A DNA stretch of 64,000 bases, from NCBI GenBank assembly GCA_963783805.1, contig CAWAPC010000014.1, positions 97,910 to 161,909 on the forward strand, written 5' to 3'. Source of the stretch: an uncultured Acidobacteriaceae bacterium (GTDB lineage Bacteria; Acidobacteriota; Terriglobia; Terriglobales; Acidobacteriaceae). The translations under genes were made by a program, and so were the position numbers. Under the pieces are notes generated by a model. It did not search any database and was not told where the DNA came from. It saw only the letters and a program-made list of their open reading frames with translations. Shown one piece after another: positions 21,724 to 31,681 of the stretch. The stretch's first letter is position 1; each line of letters opens with the position of its first letter.

Positions 21724-24017
21724 ACTTCAAGCGTAGCAAGTTTTGCGGCGATTAGTGGGATGAGGTTAGTTCCTGCCGACCGCGCAGCGGCGACGAGCTG
21801 GTTATTTTCGCCGGGAAATTTCTCGTCGGGCTTGTTGGCGATGGCTGTCTTCATGAAATCCATCCAGATGGGCAACGCGACGTGCGCTCCACTTTCTTTG
21901 TCTCCGAGCGACTGGCGGTTATCGTAACCGGTCCACACGCCACAGGTGATGGAGGGGGAGAAGCCTATAAACCATGCGTCGGTGAAGTCGCTGGTGGTTC
22001 CGGTCTTGCCGCCTAACGGATGGTTGAGACTGGCTGCTTCGGCTGCAGTGCCGCTGTGCATGACCTCTTTGAACATGGCCATCATGGTGCGCGCGGTCTT
22101 CGTGCTGATGACTTCGTTCACTTCAGATGCGGCCTCGTTCAGGGGCAGGCCGTCCGATGTTGTGACGCGGCGCACCAGGCGGGGTGCGACGCGGATTCCG
22201 TCGTTGGGAAAGACGGAGTAGGCGTCCACCTGCTGTTCGAGCGTAACTTCTACCGAGCCGAGGGCGACGGGCAGAAAAGGAGGAATGTTCGAAGTGATGC
22301 CGAAGCGGTGAGCGGTGGCGATGACTCGGCTGATGCCGACGCGTTCAGCCAGCCGTACGGCGGGGATGTTGCGCGAGTCAGCGAACGCCTTGGTGAGGGT
22401 GATGCTGCCGAGATAATTGGGCTCATAATCGTGCGGCGTCCAGGAGCCGAAAGTTGCGGGAGCATCGAGAACTGTTTCGTCTGGTCTTGCTCCAGCTTCG
22501 ATTGCTGCGGTGTAGACGTAGGGCTTGAACGACGAGCCCGTCTGGCGCTCGGACTGCGTGGCTCGGTCAAATTGCGAGAGATTGAAGTCGCGGCCTCCGA
22601 CGAGGGCGAGCACGTCGCCTGTGGCATTGTCCATGGCCAGCAGCGAGCCTTCGGCTCCGGTGTCCTCTTCGAGCCTGGCACGCAAGAGGCTGCCGCTCTG
22701 ATCGGTAAGTTGGACATAGATGATATCGCCGACGCGCAGGAATTCGTCCGCGGTCTTGAAGCCTGTCCAAGCCCAATCCGCGGGAGTGAGTAATAACTGC
22801 TGCTGACCGATTCGCGCCGTGACCTGATAAGGCAGCACGTTCATGACAAGCGCATGGATATAGGTGCCGGGAGTGGCGGGCTGCGTCCAGTCAGGATGTT
22901 TGAAGTCTTCGAGGCCGATGCCACCGGCAATAACGTTCAGCAGGCGCCCACGCCATCCGCGGCGGCGCTCGTAGGCGGCCAGGCCATCTTCAACGGCGCG
23001 GTTTGCGGCCTCCTGCAGATCGAGGTCGAGCGTGGTGTAGACCTTCAGGCCAGCCTCATGCACGCGGTCCGAACCGTATTCGCGGTCGAGCTCACGACGC
23101 ACTTCTTCGACAAACCAGGGAGCCACGCTGTTCGGCGGCGGCTCGATATGAAGACCGAGCGGCGCAGTGCGGGCGGAGTCCGCCTGCGCAGCAGTGATGA
23201 CTCCGTCTTCGAGCATGGCATCGATGACGGTGTTGCGGCGGCGAAAGGCGCGGTCTGGATTCAGGATGGGCGAGAACTCCGACGGGCCTTTGGGCAGACC
23301 GGCGAGCAACGCGGCTTCGGGAAGGCTCAGATTGTTGGCGTGCTTCGAGAAGTAGTATTCCGCTCCCGCTTCAAAGCCGTAGACGCCGTGGCCGAGATAG
23401 ATCTGATTGCCATAGAGGGTGAATATCTGCTGCTTGGTGAAGGCGTGCTCGATTTGCAGCGAGAGAAAGATTTCCTGGAGCTTGCGGCTTACAGTGCGTT
23501 CGTCGGAGAGAAACAGGTTGCGCGCCAGTTGCATGGTGAGGGTGGAGGCACCTTGCGCGCGGCCCTTCGATCTCAGATCGTGATAGGCGGCTCCGGCGAC
23601 ACGAAAGAGATTGATGCCCCAGTGACTCTCGAAGTTTTTATCCTCAATGGAGATGACGGCCTGGCGCAGCAAAGGAGAAAAGTCATTGTAATTGACGTCG
23701 ATCCGGCGTTGCAGGGCAAAGGATCCGAAGACACGTCCGTGAACATCGTAGAGTTCGGTAGTCGTGATGGGTTGATAGCGCTCCAGGTCTTGAATCTGAG
23801 GCAGATTGACGGAGTAGACCAGCATGAGTCCGCTAAGGGAGCCGAAGGCGATGGCAAGCAGCGCCAGAAATGCCAGAGCTACGCTGCCTGCAACCTTTCT
23901 ACCGCCGGTGCGGGGACGAAATGAGGAAGACGAGCGAGGGACCGGGGAACGATGTGCGGGCTTCTCGTTCCTGGATAATGTATCCGGGGGAGGGGCCCAC
24001 GGGCCGCGCGCGTTCAA
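21720..24017 (-). CDS. Class A penicillin-binding protein (PBP1A family)
   Basis: EDKNF, GASTLTMQLARN, RKLQE, SSFK, SRN, KTGT. Confidence 0.95.
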   Translation of the reverse strand: MNARGPWAPPPDTLSRNEKPAHRSPVPRSSSSFRPRTGGRKVAGSVALAFLALLAIAFGSLSGLMLVYSVNLPQIQDLERYQPITTTELYDVHGRVFGSFALQRRIDVNYNDFSPLLRQAVISIEDKNFESHWGINLFRVAGAAYHDLRSKGRAQGASTLTMQLARNLFLSDERTVSRKLQEIFLSLQIEHAFTKQQIFTLYGNQIYLGHGVYGFEAGAEYYFSKHANNLSLPEAALLAGLPKGPSEFSPILNPDRAFRRRNTVIDAMLEDGVITAAQADSARTAPLGLHIEPPPNSVAPWFVEEVRRELDREYGSDRVHEAGLKVYTTLDLDLQEAANRAVEDGLAAYERRRGWRGRLLNVIAGGIGLEDFKHPDWTQPATPGTYIHALVMNVLPYQVTARIGQQQLLLTPADWAWTGFKTADEFLRVGDIIYVQLTDQSGSLLRARLEEDTGAEGSLLAMDNATGDVLALVGGRDFNLSQFDRATQSERQTGSSFKPYVYTAAIEAGARPDETVLDAPATFGSWTPHDYEPNYLGSITLTKAFADSRNIPAVRLAERVGISRVIATAHRFGITSNIPPFLPVALGSVEVTLEQQVDAYSVFPNDGIRVAPRLVRRVTTSDGLPLNEAASEVNEVISTKTARTMMAMFKEVMHSGTAAEAASLNHPLGGKTGTTSDFTDAWFIGFSPSITCGVWTGYDNRQSLGDKESGAHVALPIWMDFMKTAIANKPDEKFPGENNQLVAAARSAGTNLIPLIAAKLATLEV

Positions 24018-24027
24018 GGGCAGCCCT

Positions 24028-25234
24028 CTACGCGCTCTTCTGCTTCAGAATGTCGAGAGCTTTGTTGAGCTGGTCGTCGGGATGGGGCACGGGCCGCGCG
24101 GTTTCATCTTCCTCGGCAAGGAACTGATCGATCGTCTCGTTGACGACGATGTTGGGCGTGACGGCCTTATCCTGAATTTTGCTGCCGGAAGGAGTTTCGT
24201 ACTTGGCTACCGACAGAATCAGGGCGGCTCCGTCGGGCAGCGTAATGGTCTTCTGCACGACACCTTCACCGAAGGTCCGGCTGCCAACCAGATCGCCACG
24301 CTTGTTATCGAGGATGGCGGCGGCAACGATCTCCGCGGCTCCGGCTGTACCGTTGTTTACGAGGACGACGAGCGGGGCTTTTGTGACGAAACGCGAGGGC
24401 TCGGCAGTGAAGGTTTGTTTCGTAACTGTCTGACCCTCGATTGACGCGATGGTTCCGGACTGAAGAAAGGCATTGGCGAGGCGGATGCCTTGAGCCGGAT
24501 CGCCGTCCGCAACGTCGCGCAGGTCAAGCAGGACCTTGGTGTTGCCGTTCTTTGGCATAGCACGCAGGCGGTCTTCGATTTGATCAACCCGCTCGCGGCT
24601 GAGAATGCCCGGTTTCAGATAGAGGATTGCTGGAGTTTTCATACTGCTGCTGGGCCATCGCGGGAGGCGCAAGCTGGGTGCGGGTCAGGTTAATCTGCTC
24701 AGGTTCCGGCTTGCCTCCGGGACGAATGAGACCAAAATTAACATTCGTGCCAGGCTTGCCTTCCAGCAGCAGGCGAATCATAGCGAGAGACATCTGGCGG
24801 GTGGTCTTGCCGCCGATGGACTCGATCATGTCCCCATCGCCTATGTGCGCTTCGCGGTCTGCCGGGCTTCCAGGTACGACGGCGACGACGGTTGCGTAGC
24901 CGAATCGTTTGGAAACATCCAGACCAACCTGGGCGGTACCTTCGTTTTCATGAGCTTTATACGCGGCGAATTCCGTGGGCGTGAGATAGCTGGAATTGGC
25001 GTCGAGCGACTCGAGGAGGCCGTGGAGCGCCCCAGTTGTTACGTCATTGATATTCGGCTCGGTGACGTAATCGCTTTGGATCTTGTGAAGAACCTCTTCA
25101 TAGACACCCATTTGCCGGTAAGCACCGTCGCTCTGCGTTTGAGAGGATGTGCCGGAGACGAATCCGCCGAGGAATACGACGGCGACAAGAGTGATGGAGA
25201 TACCGAAGACAGCGCGCGTAAAACTTTTAGACAT
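24028..25234 (-). CDS. S41 (CtpA-like) C-terminal protease, one frameshift near 24625
   Basis: PDZ region, LDLRD, TAGAAEIVAAA, RTFGEGVVQ; the usual catalytic Ser/Lys positions look substituted. Confidence 0.82.
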
Positions 25235-25306
25235 AGATATAGGAACCATCGCCGTGGGCACTGGTTAGCTTGATGATACTCCAATACGCGATCACAGAAC
25301 GATTAC

Positions 25307-25383
25307 TGGTGGCGGCGGGCAGAATCGAACTGCCGACCTACGGGTTATGAGTCCGTCGCTCTAACCATCTGAGCTACGCCGCC
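25307..25383 (-). tRNA. tRNA-Met (CAT), elongator type
   Basis: GGCGGCGTAGCTCAGATGGTTAGAGCGACGGACTCATAACCCGTAGGTCGGCAGTTCGATTCTGCCCGCCGCCACCA; G1-C72 paired, encoded CCA. Confidence 0.93.
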
Positions 25384-25405
25384 TGATTGAAGAGGATCGA
25401 TCTCT

Positions 25406-25434
25406 ATGATACGAACGGCGCGGGCGGGGGTCAA
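25406..25434 (-). promoter_or_regulatory. Sigma70 promoter of tRNA-Met
   Basis: Minus strand TTGACC-17-TATCAT. Confidence 0.75.
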
Positions 25435-25651
25435 ACTTTTGACCTTCCGGGCGCGATTGCGTCGCTATAACGAAGAGTATTGCGCCTTTGGATTTATAGT
25501 TTTGATGAGAAAATAAAGGCGCAAAATCTCCACAAAAGTGTGCTGCGAATGCTGTAACCTTATCGGCGCTGGGCTGTCACAACAGAACAGCCAGGCCCCC
25601 ACCGGCGGATTTGCGTCGAGTCTTGGCCTGACAAATGGAGGAATGACAAAT

Positions 25652-25945
25652 ATGAAGAACTCGATGAAGTCCCTGATGGTCGCTGCGGCCGTCTCCGGTC
25701 TGATGAGTGGCGCTACAGCAATGCAGGCCGCCACTACCAGTTCCACGAGTCCCGTGGTGCAGGTGGGCAACGCGTCGTTCGGCAGCTCGGCTCAGAGCAG
25801 TGCCGTCGCAAAACACTCCTGTAAAGGACAAAACGATTGCAAGGGCCAGGGCGGCTGCAAGAGCAGCGACAATGGCTGCAAGGGCAAGAATAGCTGCAAA
25901 GGCAAAGGGGGCTGCGCTACTGACGGCTCCAAGATGCCTGACTAG
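25652..25945 (+). CDS. Cys-rich secreted RiPP precursor (bufferin BufA2-like)
   Basis: GGAGGA RBS, Sec signal peptide, core KHSCKGQNDCKGQGGC-KSSDNG-CKGKNSCKGKGGC; directly upstream of DUF692. Confidence 0.85.
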   Translation: MKNSMKSLMVAAAVSGLMSGATAMQAATTSSTSPVVQVGNASFGSSAQSSAVAKHSCKGQNDCKGQGGCKSSDNGCKGKNSCKGKGGCATDGSKMPD

Positions 25946-26030
25946 TTCCTTCTTCCGCAGTTGCCTCGCACATCACCCGGGGCCGGCAGAGATGCTGGCC
26001 CTTACACACTCGCCGTGGAGACCCTCCCAG

Positions 26031-26916
26031 ATGCCAGCGAATCGCTTCAATGGATTTACCGATTACGGGGTGGGAATCGGACTTCGCATTCCGCACTATC
26101 AGCACATTCTTACGCGCAAGCCGGTTGTGGATTGGTTCGAGATCATCTCGGAAAATTACATGATCGACGGTGGCCGCCCGCTGGAAGTGCTGGACAAGAT
26201 TCTGGATCAATACAACGTAGTGCAGCACGGCGTCTCAATGTACTTTGGCTCGGCGAGCGATCCCGACCCGGAGCATCTGCGGCGGTTGAAGCGGCTGGTG
26301 CAAAGAACCAGCACACCGTGGTTGAGCGACCATCTGTGCTGGGGTTCTGTGGACGGGCGCTATACGCATGATCTGCTGCCTATGCCTTACACATGGGAAG
26401 CGGTGAAGGTTACGGCAGACCGCATTCGCCACGTGCAGGATTTCATTGAGATTCCGGTAGTCGTTGAAAATGTTTCGAGCTACGCGGAGTTCCACGTCTC
26501 AGAGATGACGGAGTGGGAATTTTTGAACGAGGTGGTGGAGCGGGCGGACTGCGGGATTCTGCTGGACGTGAATAACATTTATGTTTCATCGCAGAACCAT
26601 AGCTTTGATCCCTTGATCTATGTGAATGCCGTGCCTGCGGAGCGCGTGGCGCAGATCCATATTGCCGGCCACTCGAAATTCGAGAAATACATTCTTGATA
26701 CGCATGACCATCCGGTGCTGGAGCCGGTGTGGCAACTCTACGCGCGCGCGATTGAACGCACTGGACCGACGGCCACTCTGCTCGAATGGGACGACAATAT
26801 TCCGAGCTTTGAGGATGTTCATGCAGAGGCGCTGAAGGCGAACCGCTTCCTGGAGGCGGCGCGGGCTAAGACGGTCTCTGCGGCCGCCGCAGAACTTGGC
26901 AGGAGCAGCGCGATGA
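26031..26916 (+). CDS. Multinuclear non-heme iron oxidase (MNIO, DUF692)
   Basis: GIGLRIPHY, FEIISENY, HGVSM, SDHLCW, ENVSSY, LLDVNNIY, HIAGH, DTHD, LLEWD; true stop inferred at the ATGA overlap. Confidence 0.93.
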
Positions 26917-27808
26917 GCGAGCTACTGGAGTTGCAGAGGCGCATGGCCGCGGCGATCCTGCATCCGCTGACGCGGAGCGAGACGATGCCACGGCGGCGGA
27001 GGGATGGCGGCTCCAACGACGCGCGAAGCAGAATGCGCTGATTGCGCCCGAATGACCGCCTGAATTCCTTTGAGCGGCTGGAGATTTATAACCGGCAATA
27101 CTGGTTTCGGCTTTACTCGTCGTTTGAAGAGGATTTTCCCGGGACTGAAGGCGATGATCGGCAGCGCAAAGTTTGAAACCGCTGATGCGCGATTACTTGA
27201 CGGAGTGTCCGTCGGAGTCGTTTACGCTGCGCAATCTTGGCTCGCGGCTTGAGGAGTGGCTGACTTGCGCATCCAGAATATGTTGAGCCGCGACGCGTCA
27301 ACTGGCGATGGATATGGTTCGGCTGGAGTGGGCGCATATCGAAGCCTTTGACTCTGCCAAAGAGGAGCTGCTGGATGCAGACGATCTTGCGGCAATCGAT
27401 GACGATTCGCGGCTCCGGTTGCAGCCGCACTTGCGGGTTCTGGAACTTCATTACCCGGTGGACGACCTGCTGATCGAGCTTCGCAATGAAAGCGGCAGCA
27501 GTGACGCGTCAAGCAACAATGCCAGCGCCTCGCGAAAGACGAAGCATGTCCGACGGGTGGCCATGCTGGAGCCAGAAGAGATTTTCCTTGCCATTCATCG
27601 ACATGAAAATTCGGTTTATTACAAGCGGCTACAGCGCGAGGAATTCCGGCTGCTGCAGTCGATGCTTGCAGATGACTCTATGAGTCACGCGATTGAATTG
27701 GCATTCGAAGGCAGTTCCCTGCCCGAAGAAGAGCGCGAATCATTTCTTCATCAGGCCTTTGCCTCGTGGGCCACGCTGGGGTGGTTTACGCGGCAAACAC
27801 CCAATTAA
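26913..27808 (+). CDS. DUF2063-type MNIO partner protein, frameshifted
   Basis: MSELLELQRRMAAAI, PNDRL..ERLEIYNRQYWFRL..EDFPG, PSESFTLRNLG, DMVRLEWAHIEAFD. Confidence 0.82.
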
Positions 27809-27824
27809 TTAAGGACAATATTTT

Positions 27825-28290
27825 ATGAGCTCGATCCGCAACTCTGGTCTTGTGCGCCTTTACTCGCACTTTGCACGCGCGCGCCGGGCTGCTGCAGTCG
27901 CCGTTCCTTCTCGCCGTGCGGCTTTATTGGGGATGGCAATTTGCCCAGACCGGATGGGGAAAATTGCATCATCTCCATCGGGTGGTCGGCTTCTTCAGCA
28001 GCCTCGGGATTCCTCATCCAGGACTGGTGGCTCCGATTGAGGCGTGCGTGCAACTTGCCGGCGGCATCCTTCTAATCCTGGGCCTGGCGAGCCATATCAC
28101 CGGGCTTGTGCTGGCGATCAATATGTTTGTGGCGTATTTGACCGCTGACCGAGTTGCGCTGCACTCGATTTTGAGCGATCCGGGAAGATTTTATGGCGCC
28201 GATCCTTTTACATTTTTCTTTGCCGCGTTGATTGTGTTTATTTTTGGCGCGGGATTGTTCTCACTCGATGCTCTGATTCAGCGGCGCTGA
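27825..28290 (+). CDS. DoxX-family membrane protein, one frameshift near the start
   Basis: LAVRLYWGWQFAQTGWGKL, FSSLGIPHP, GAGLFSLD. Confidence 0.88.
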
Positions 28291-28292
28291 CT

Positions 28293-29408
28293 CTATTTCT
28301 GAAAACGGCGCAACTCCTGTGAGACAGCTTCGCAGACTCGATCTAACTGTTCGTTTGTGAGGGCGTTGAAGAAGGGCAATGCAAGCGTTCGCGCGGTCTC
28401 GGACTCGGTCACCGGCAGGTTAGTGTTCTTCCATGCGGCGTAGGCCGGTTGAAGATGAATGGGCGCAAAGTAGCGGGCGCATCCTATGCCCTGGCTGGTC
28501 AGGGATTGAAGCATGGCGTCGCGATGTGCCTGTTGGAATCCGGGCCGCAGCCGGACTACGTAGACGAACCAACTGATGCGTGCATCCGGCAGTTTGAGGA
28601 GCGGCAGGATCAGAGCCTCTTTTTGCAGGCGCTCCTGATAACCAAGCGCGACGCCGGCTCGCATAGCGAGAATGCTTTCAATTCTCTTGAGTTGTTCGAT
28701 GCCCAGCGCGCAATTGATCTCTGACAGGCGATAGTTGTAGCCGAGTTCGGAGTGTTGGAGCCAATCGTCGGTTTCGTGGCGGCCCTGGTTACGCAGGGCA
28801 CGCATTCGTTTCGCGAGCGATGGGTCACGGGTGACGATCATTCCGCCTTCTCCGGTGGTGATTTGCTTGTTGGGGTAGAAGGCGAAGACAGCGGCGTCTC
28901 CAAAACTGCCTACGCGACGGCCATGATATTCGGCACCGATGGCTTCGCAGGCATCTTCGATGACGAGGAGATGATGGCGTTCTGCGATTTCCACAATTGC
29001 CTGCATGTTTGCAGGGACGCCGAAGGTGTGAACTGCCATGATGGCTCGGGTTCGCGGCGTGATGCCCGCTTCAATTTTTGCGGGATCGAGATTAAGGTTC
29101 GTGGGTTCGATGTCCACGAAGACAGGCGTTGCGCGCTCGTAACGGATTGCGTTGGCAGCGGCGATGAAGGTGAAGGAGGGCGCGATCACCTCGTCGCCCT
29201 CGCCGATGTTGAGAGCGCGGATGCAGAGATGGAGTCCAGCGGTTCCGGAGCTTACGGCGATGGCATGCGGCACTCCGATGTATTGCGCCAGGGCGTGCTC
29301 GAATTCTTCAAGCTTCGGGCCAAGGCTTAGGCGGCTGGTGCGCAGGACGGCGGTTACGGCGTCGATTTCAGCCTCGGTAATGTCGGGCGCGGAGAGCGGA
29401 ATGTTCAT
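28293..29408 (-). CDS. DegT/DnrJ/EryC1 sugar aminotransferase
   Basis: SSGTAGLH, IEDACEAIG, FYPNKQITTGEGG, GYNYRL. Confidence 0.93.
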   Translation of the reverse strand: MNIPLSAPDITEAEIDAVTAVLRTSRLSLGPKLEEFEHALAQYIGVPHAIAVSSGTAGLHLCIRALNIGEGDEVIAPSFTFIAAANAIRYERATPVFVDIEPTNLNLDPAKIEAGITPRTRAIMAVHTFGVPANMQAIVEIAERHHLLVIEDACEAIGAEYHGRRVGSFGDAAVFAFYPNKQITTGEGGMIVTRDPSLAKRMRALRNQGRHETDDWLQHSELGYNYRLSEINCALGIEQLKRIESILAMRAGVALGYQERLQKEALILPLLKLPDARISWFVYVVRLRPGFQQAHRDAMLQSLTSQGIGCARYFAPIHLQPAYAAWKNTNLPVTESETARTLALPFFNALTNEQLDRVCEAVSQELRRFQK

Positions 29409-30551
29409 TGGGCTTGCTTGATAAGGAGGTCCTGGGTGAGCGGGATGGTTGTGAGGATTTCGACAATTTTTTCCGAGGCATGGCCGTTGCCGTAAGGATT
29501 TTCCATTCCGACGAGCGATTGGCGGAAGGTTTCGCTGCGTGCCTGATTGATTTTTTCGCGGATTTCCGCAGCTTCGGGCGCGGCATCGAGCACGTTGCGG
29601 GCGCGTTCCCTTCCTTTTTGACGCAGGCCGATGTTGACTGTTGGCAGCGCAAACGAGGCGGTTTCCATAATGCCGCTGCTGGAGTTTCCTACAAGCATTT
29701 CGACATTGCGGAGAAGGCTCCAGTAGGTGATGGGGTCAAGATTGGTGAAGATCTTTCCATCGCTTCGACTCGCGAGAAAGGCGCGGGTGCGCTCGATGAT
29801 GTGATGGCTGCCGGCGTCGGCGTTTGGGTAGCAGAAAGCGATTTGCTCCCGCATATTGCCTAGGGCTGCGAATAGCGCGTCCACTTCTTCAGTGGTTTCG
29901 CGGCGGATGGTCACGGGGTGGTATGCGATGAGGACTGTGGGCTGGCTCAGATCGAGTTGGAGGCGTTGCTCGACTTCTTTTCGCGTGAGGAGTTGGCTGC
30001 GGCGGAGATGATCGAGCGAAGGCGCTCCGGCGCGGTGGACGCGCCAGGGTTCTTCTCCCATCGCGATAACGCGCTGGCGCGCGAGACTGGTTGACGTGAA
30101 GTGGATGTGGGCTCATTTTGGTGAGCGCGTTACGGACAGCGTCGTCGATGGCGCCTTCGCTGATCTCGCCGCCTTCGATGTGCGCGATGGGAATACGAAG
30201 GGCGAGCGCTACCGATGCGGGCGCGAGCATTTCGTAACGGTCGGCGATCAGGAGCAGCAGATCGGGACGCATGCGGCCGAGAACGTCTGCGAGGCCGAGC
30301 GCGGCTATGCCGATGGTTTTGGCCATGCCGACGTCGGAGTCAGAGTTCAGGAGACATTCGACGCGGGCTGCGATGGGAAATTCATCACACTCGATTTCCT
30401 GTGCGGTCGTTCCAAAGGTCGGGGCGAGGTGCGAGCCCATGACGATGAGCTTGAGGTCTGCCTCGGGATGCACCGCGAGATCTTTGAGCGGCCAGTAGAG
30501 ATGGCTGTAATCGGCGCGAGAGCTAGTGACTACGGCTATGCTGCGCTTCAT
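29405..30551 (-). CDS. neuC: Hydrolysing UDP-GlcNAc 2-epimerase (NeuC/LegG), one frameshift near 30105
   Basis: TSSRADY, ADRYEML, HIEGGEISEGAIDDAVRNALTK, GNSSSGIME, NPYGNG. Confidence 0.88.
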
Positions 30552-31636
30552 GCTCTGCACTCTGCGCAGGCCTGGTGTTCGAGGAGGATTTCGCTCGGCT
30601 TGTAGCTGGGAACAAGCTTCACGACGGTGCGAAGAAGTTGACTCAGATTTCTCTCTTGAACGGCTTTCTGCAGTTCTCCGATGGCTTCTTCCGCTTCTGC
30701 TACTGAGATGGTTTTGCTGCGAATGGCGCGGAGCGGAGCGGATGCTCCCTGCAGAAACGATTCGTTGGCTGAGAGAAGTTGCTCGTGGAGTTTTTCGCCG
30801 GGACGCAGGCCGGTGTAGACGATCTGCGATCCCGATCCGGCTTGCTTGATTAAGCTCTTTGCTATTTCCTCAATACGAACTGGGTCTTTCATTTCGGGAA
30901 CAAGAATGGAACTGGGCAACTCTTCGTTGAGGGCGTAGAGCAGGAGCGCGGCGGCTTCTTCTACGGTAATGAAGTACCGGGTTGCGTCGGGATGGGTGAC
31001 GGTTACCGGCTTGTTCTGGTCAATCTGGTCCCGAAATAACGGCACCGCACTACCGTGCGAAGCGTACACGTTGCCGAGGCGGACGGCTTTTATTCTTGTT
31101 GCGGACGACTGAAGGGCGACGGCGGTGAGTTCCGCAATGCGTTTTGAAGCGCCCATGATGCTGGCGGGATCGACGGCTTTGTCGGTCGAGACGACGACGA
31201 CTTGTTCGGAGCCATGGCGGATAGCCGTTTGCGTGAGAATGAAAGTCCCGACTGTATTGTTTTGCAGGGCTGCAAATGGATGAAGCTCCATAAGCGGCAC
31301 GTGTTTGAAGGCGGCGGCGTGAAAGACGATTTGAGGCTGGTCGCGGTCGAAGATTTCTTCAAGCGCGGATGGATCGCAGACGCTGGCCAGGATGGGCTTG
31401 TGCGGCACGGTCAAATCGCGGTCGATTTGATAGAGTGCCTGTTCGGAGGCTTCCAGAAGCAGGATCTGCGCGGGTTTGTGGATTGCTACGGCATACGCAA
31501 GAGCCGATCCGATGGAGCCTCCTGCGCCGGTAATCAGGATGCGCTTTTGCTGGACGGCAGCGTTGGGAACCGTTATCGATCCCGTCGAAAATGCACCGCT
31601 GAGGTTCGCTGATGCGCGTTGCTGGAGCACGTTCAT
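30548..31636 (-). CDS. Nucleotide-sugar 4,6-dehydratase (CapD/PglF catalytic domain only)
   Basis: ITGAGGSIGS, FHAAAFKHVP, STDKAVDP, MGASKR, GLRPGEKLHE. Confidence 0.88.
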   Translation of the reverse strand: MNVLQQRASANLSGAFSTGSITVPNAAVQQKRILITGAGGSIGSALAYAVAIHKPAQILLLEASEQALYQIDRDLTVPHKPILASVCDPSALEEIFDRDQPQIVFHAAAFKHVPLMELHPFAALQNNTVGTFILTQTAIRHGSEQVVVVSTDKAVDPASIMGASKRIAELTAVALQSSATRIKAVRLGNVYASHGSAVPLFRDQIDQNKPVTVTHPDATRYFITVEEAAALLLYALNEELPSSILVPEMKDPVRIEEIAKSLIKQAGSGSQIVYTGLRPGEKLHEQLLSANESFLQGASAPLRAIRSKTISVAEAEEAIGELQKAVQERNLSQLLRTVVKLVPSYKPSEILLEHQACAECRA

Positions 31637-31681
31637 CCTTTCGATTGTAGAGCCTTGGGTCTTCTATAATCAGGCGCAGCA

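Noticed and set aside
25307-25383. tRNA-Met as an island integration site
   Set aside because: I saw no duplicated tRNA 3' end or integrase in the window; core genes follow directly.
25707-27041. Apparent 444-aa MNIO fused in frame to the start of DUF2063
   Set aside because: An ATGA overlap with a GGAG RBS at 26913 indicates two genes; neighbouring indels make a 1-nt error the simpler explanation.
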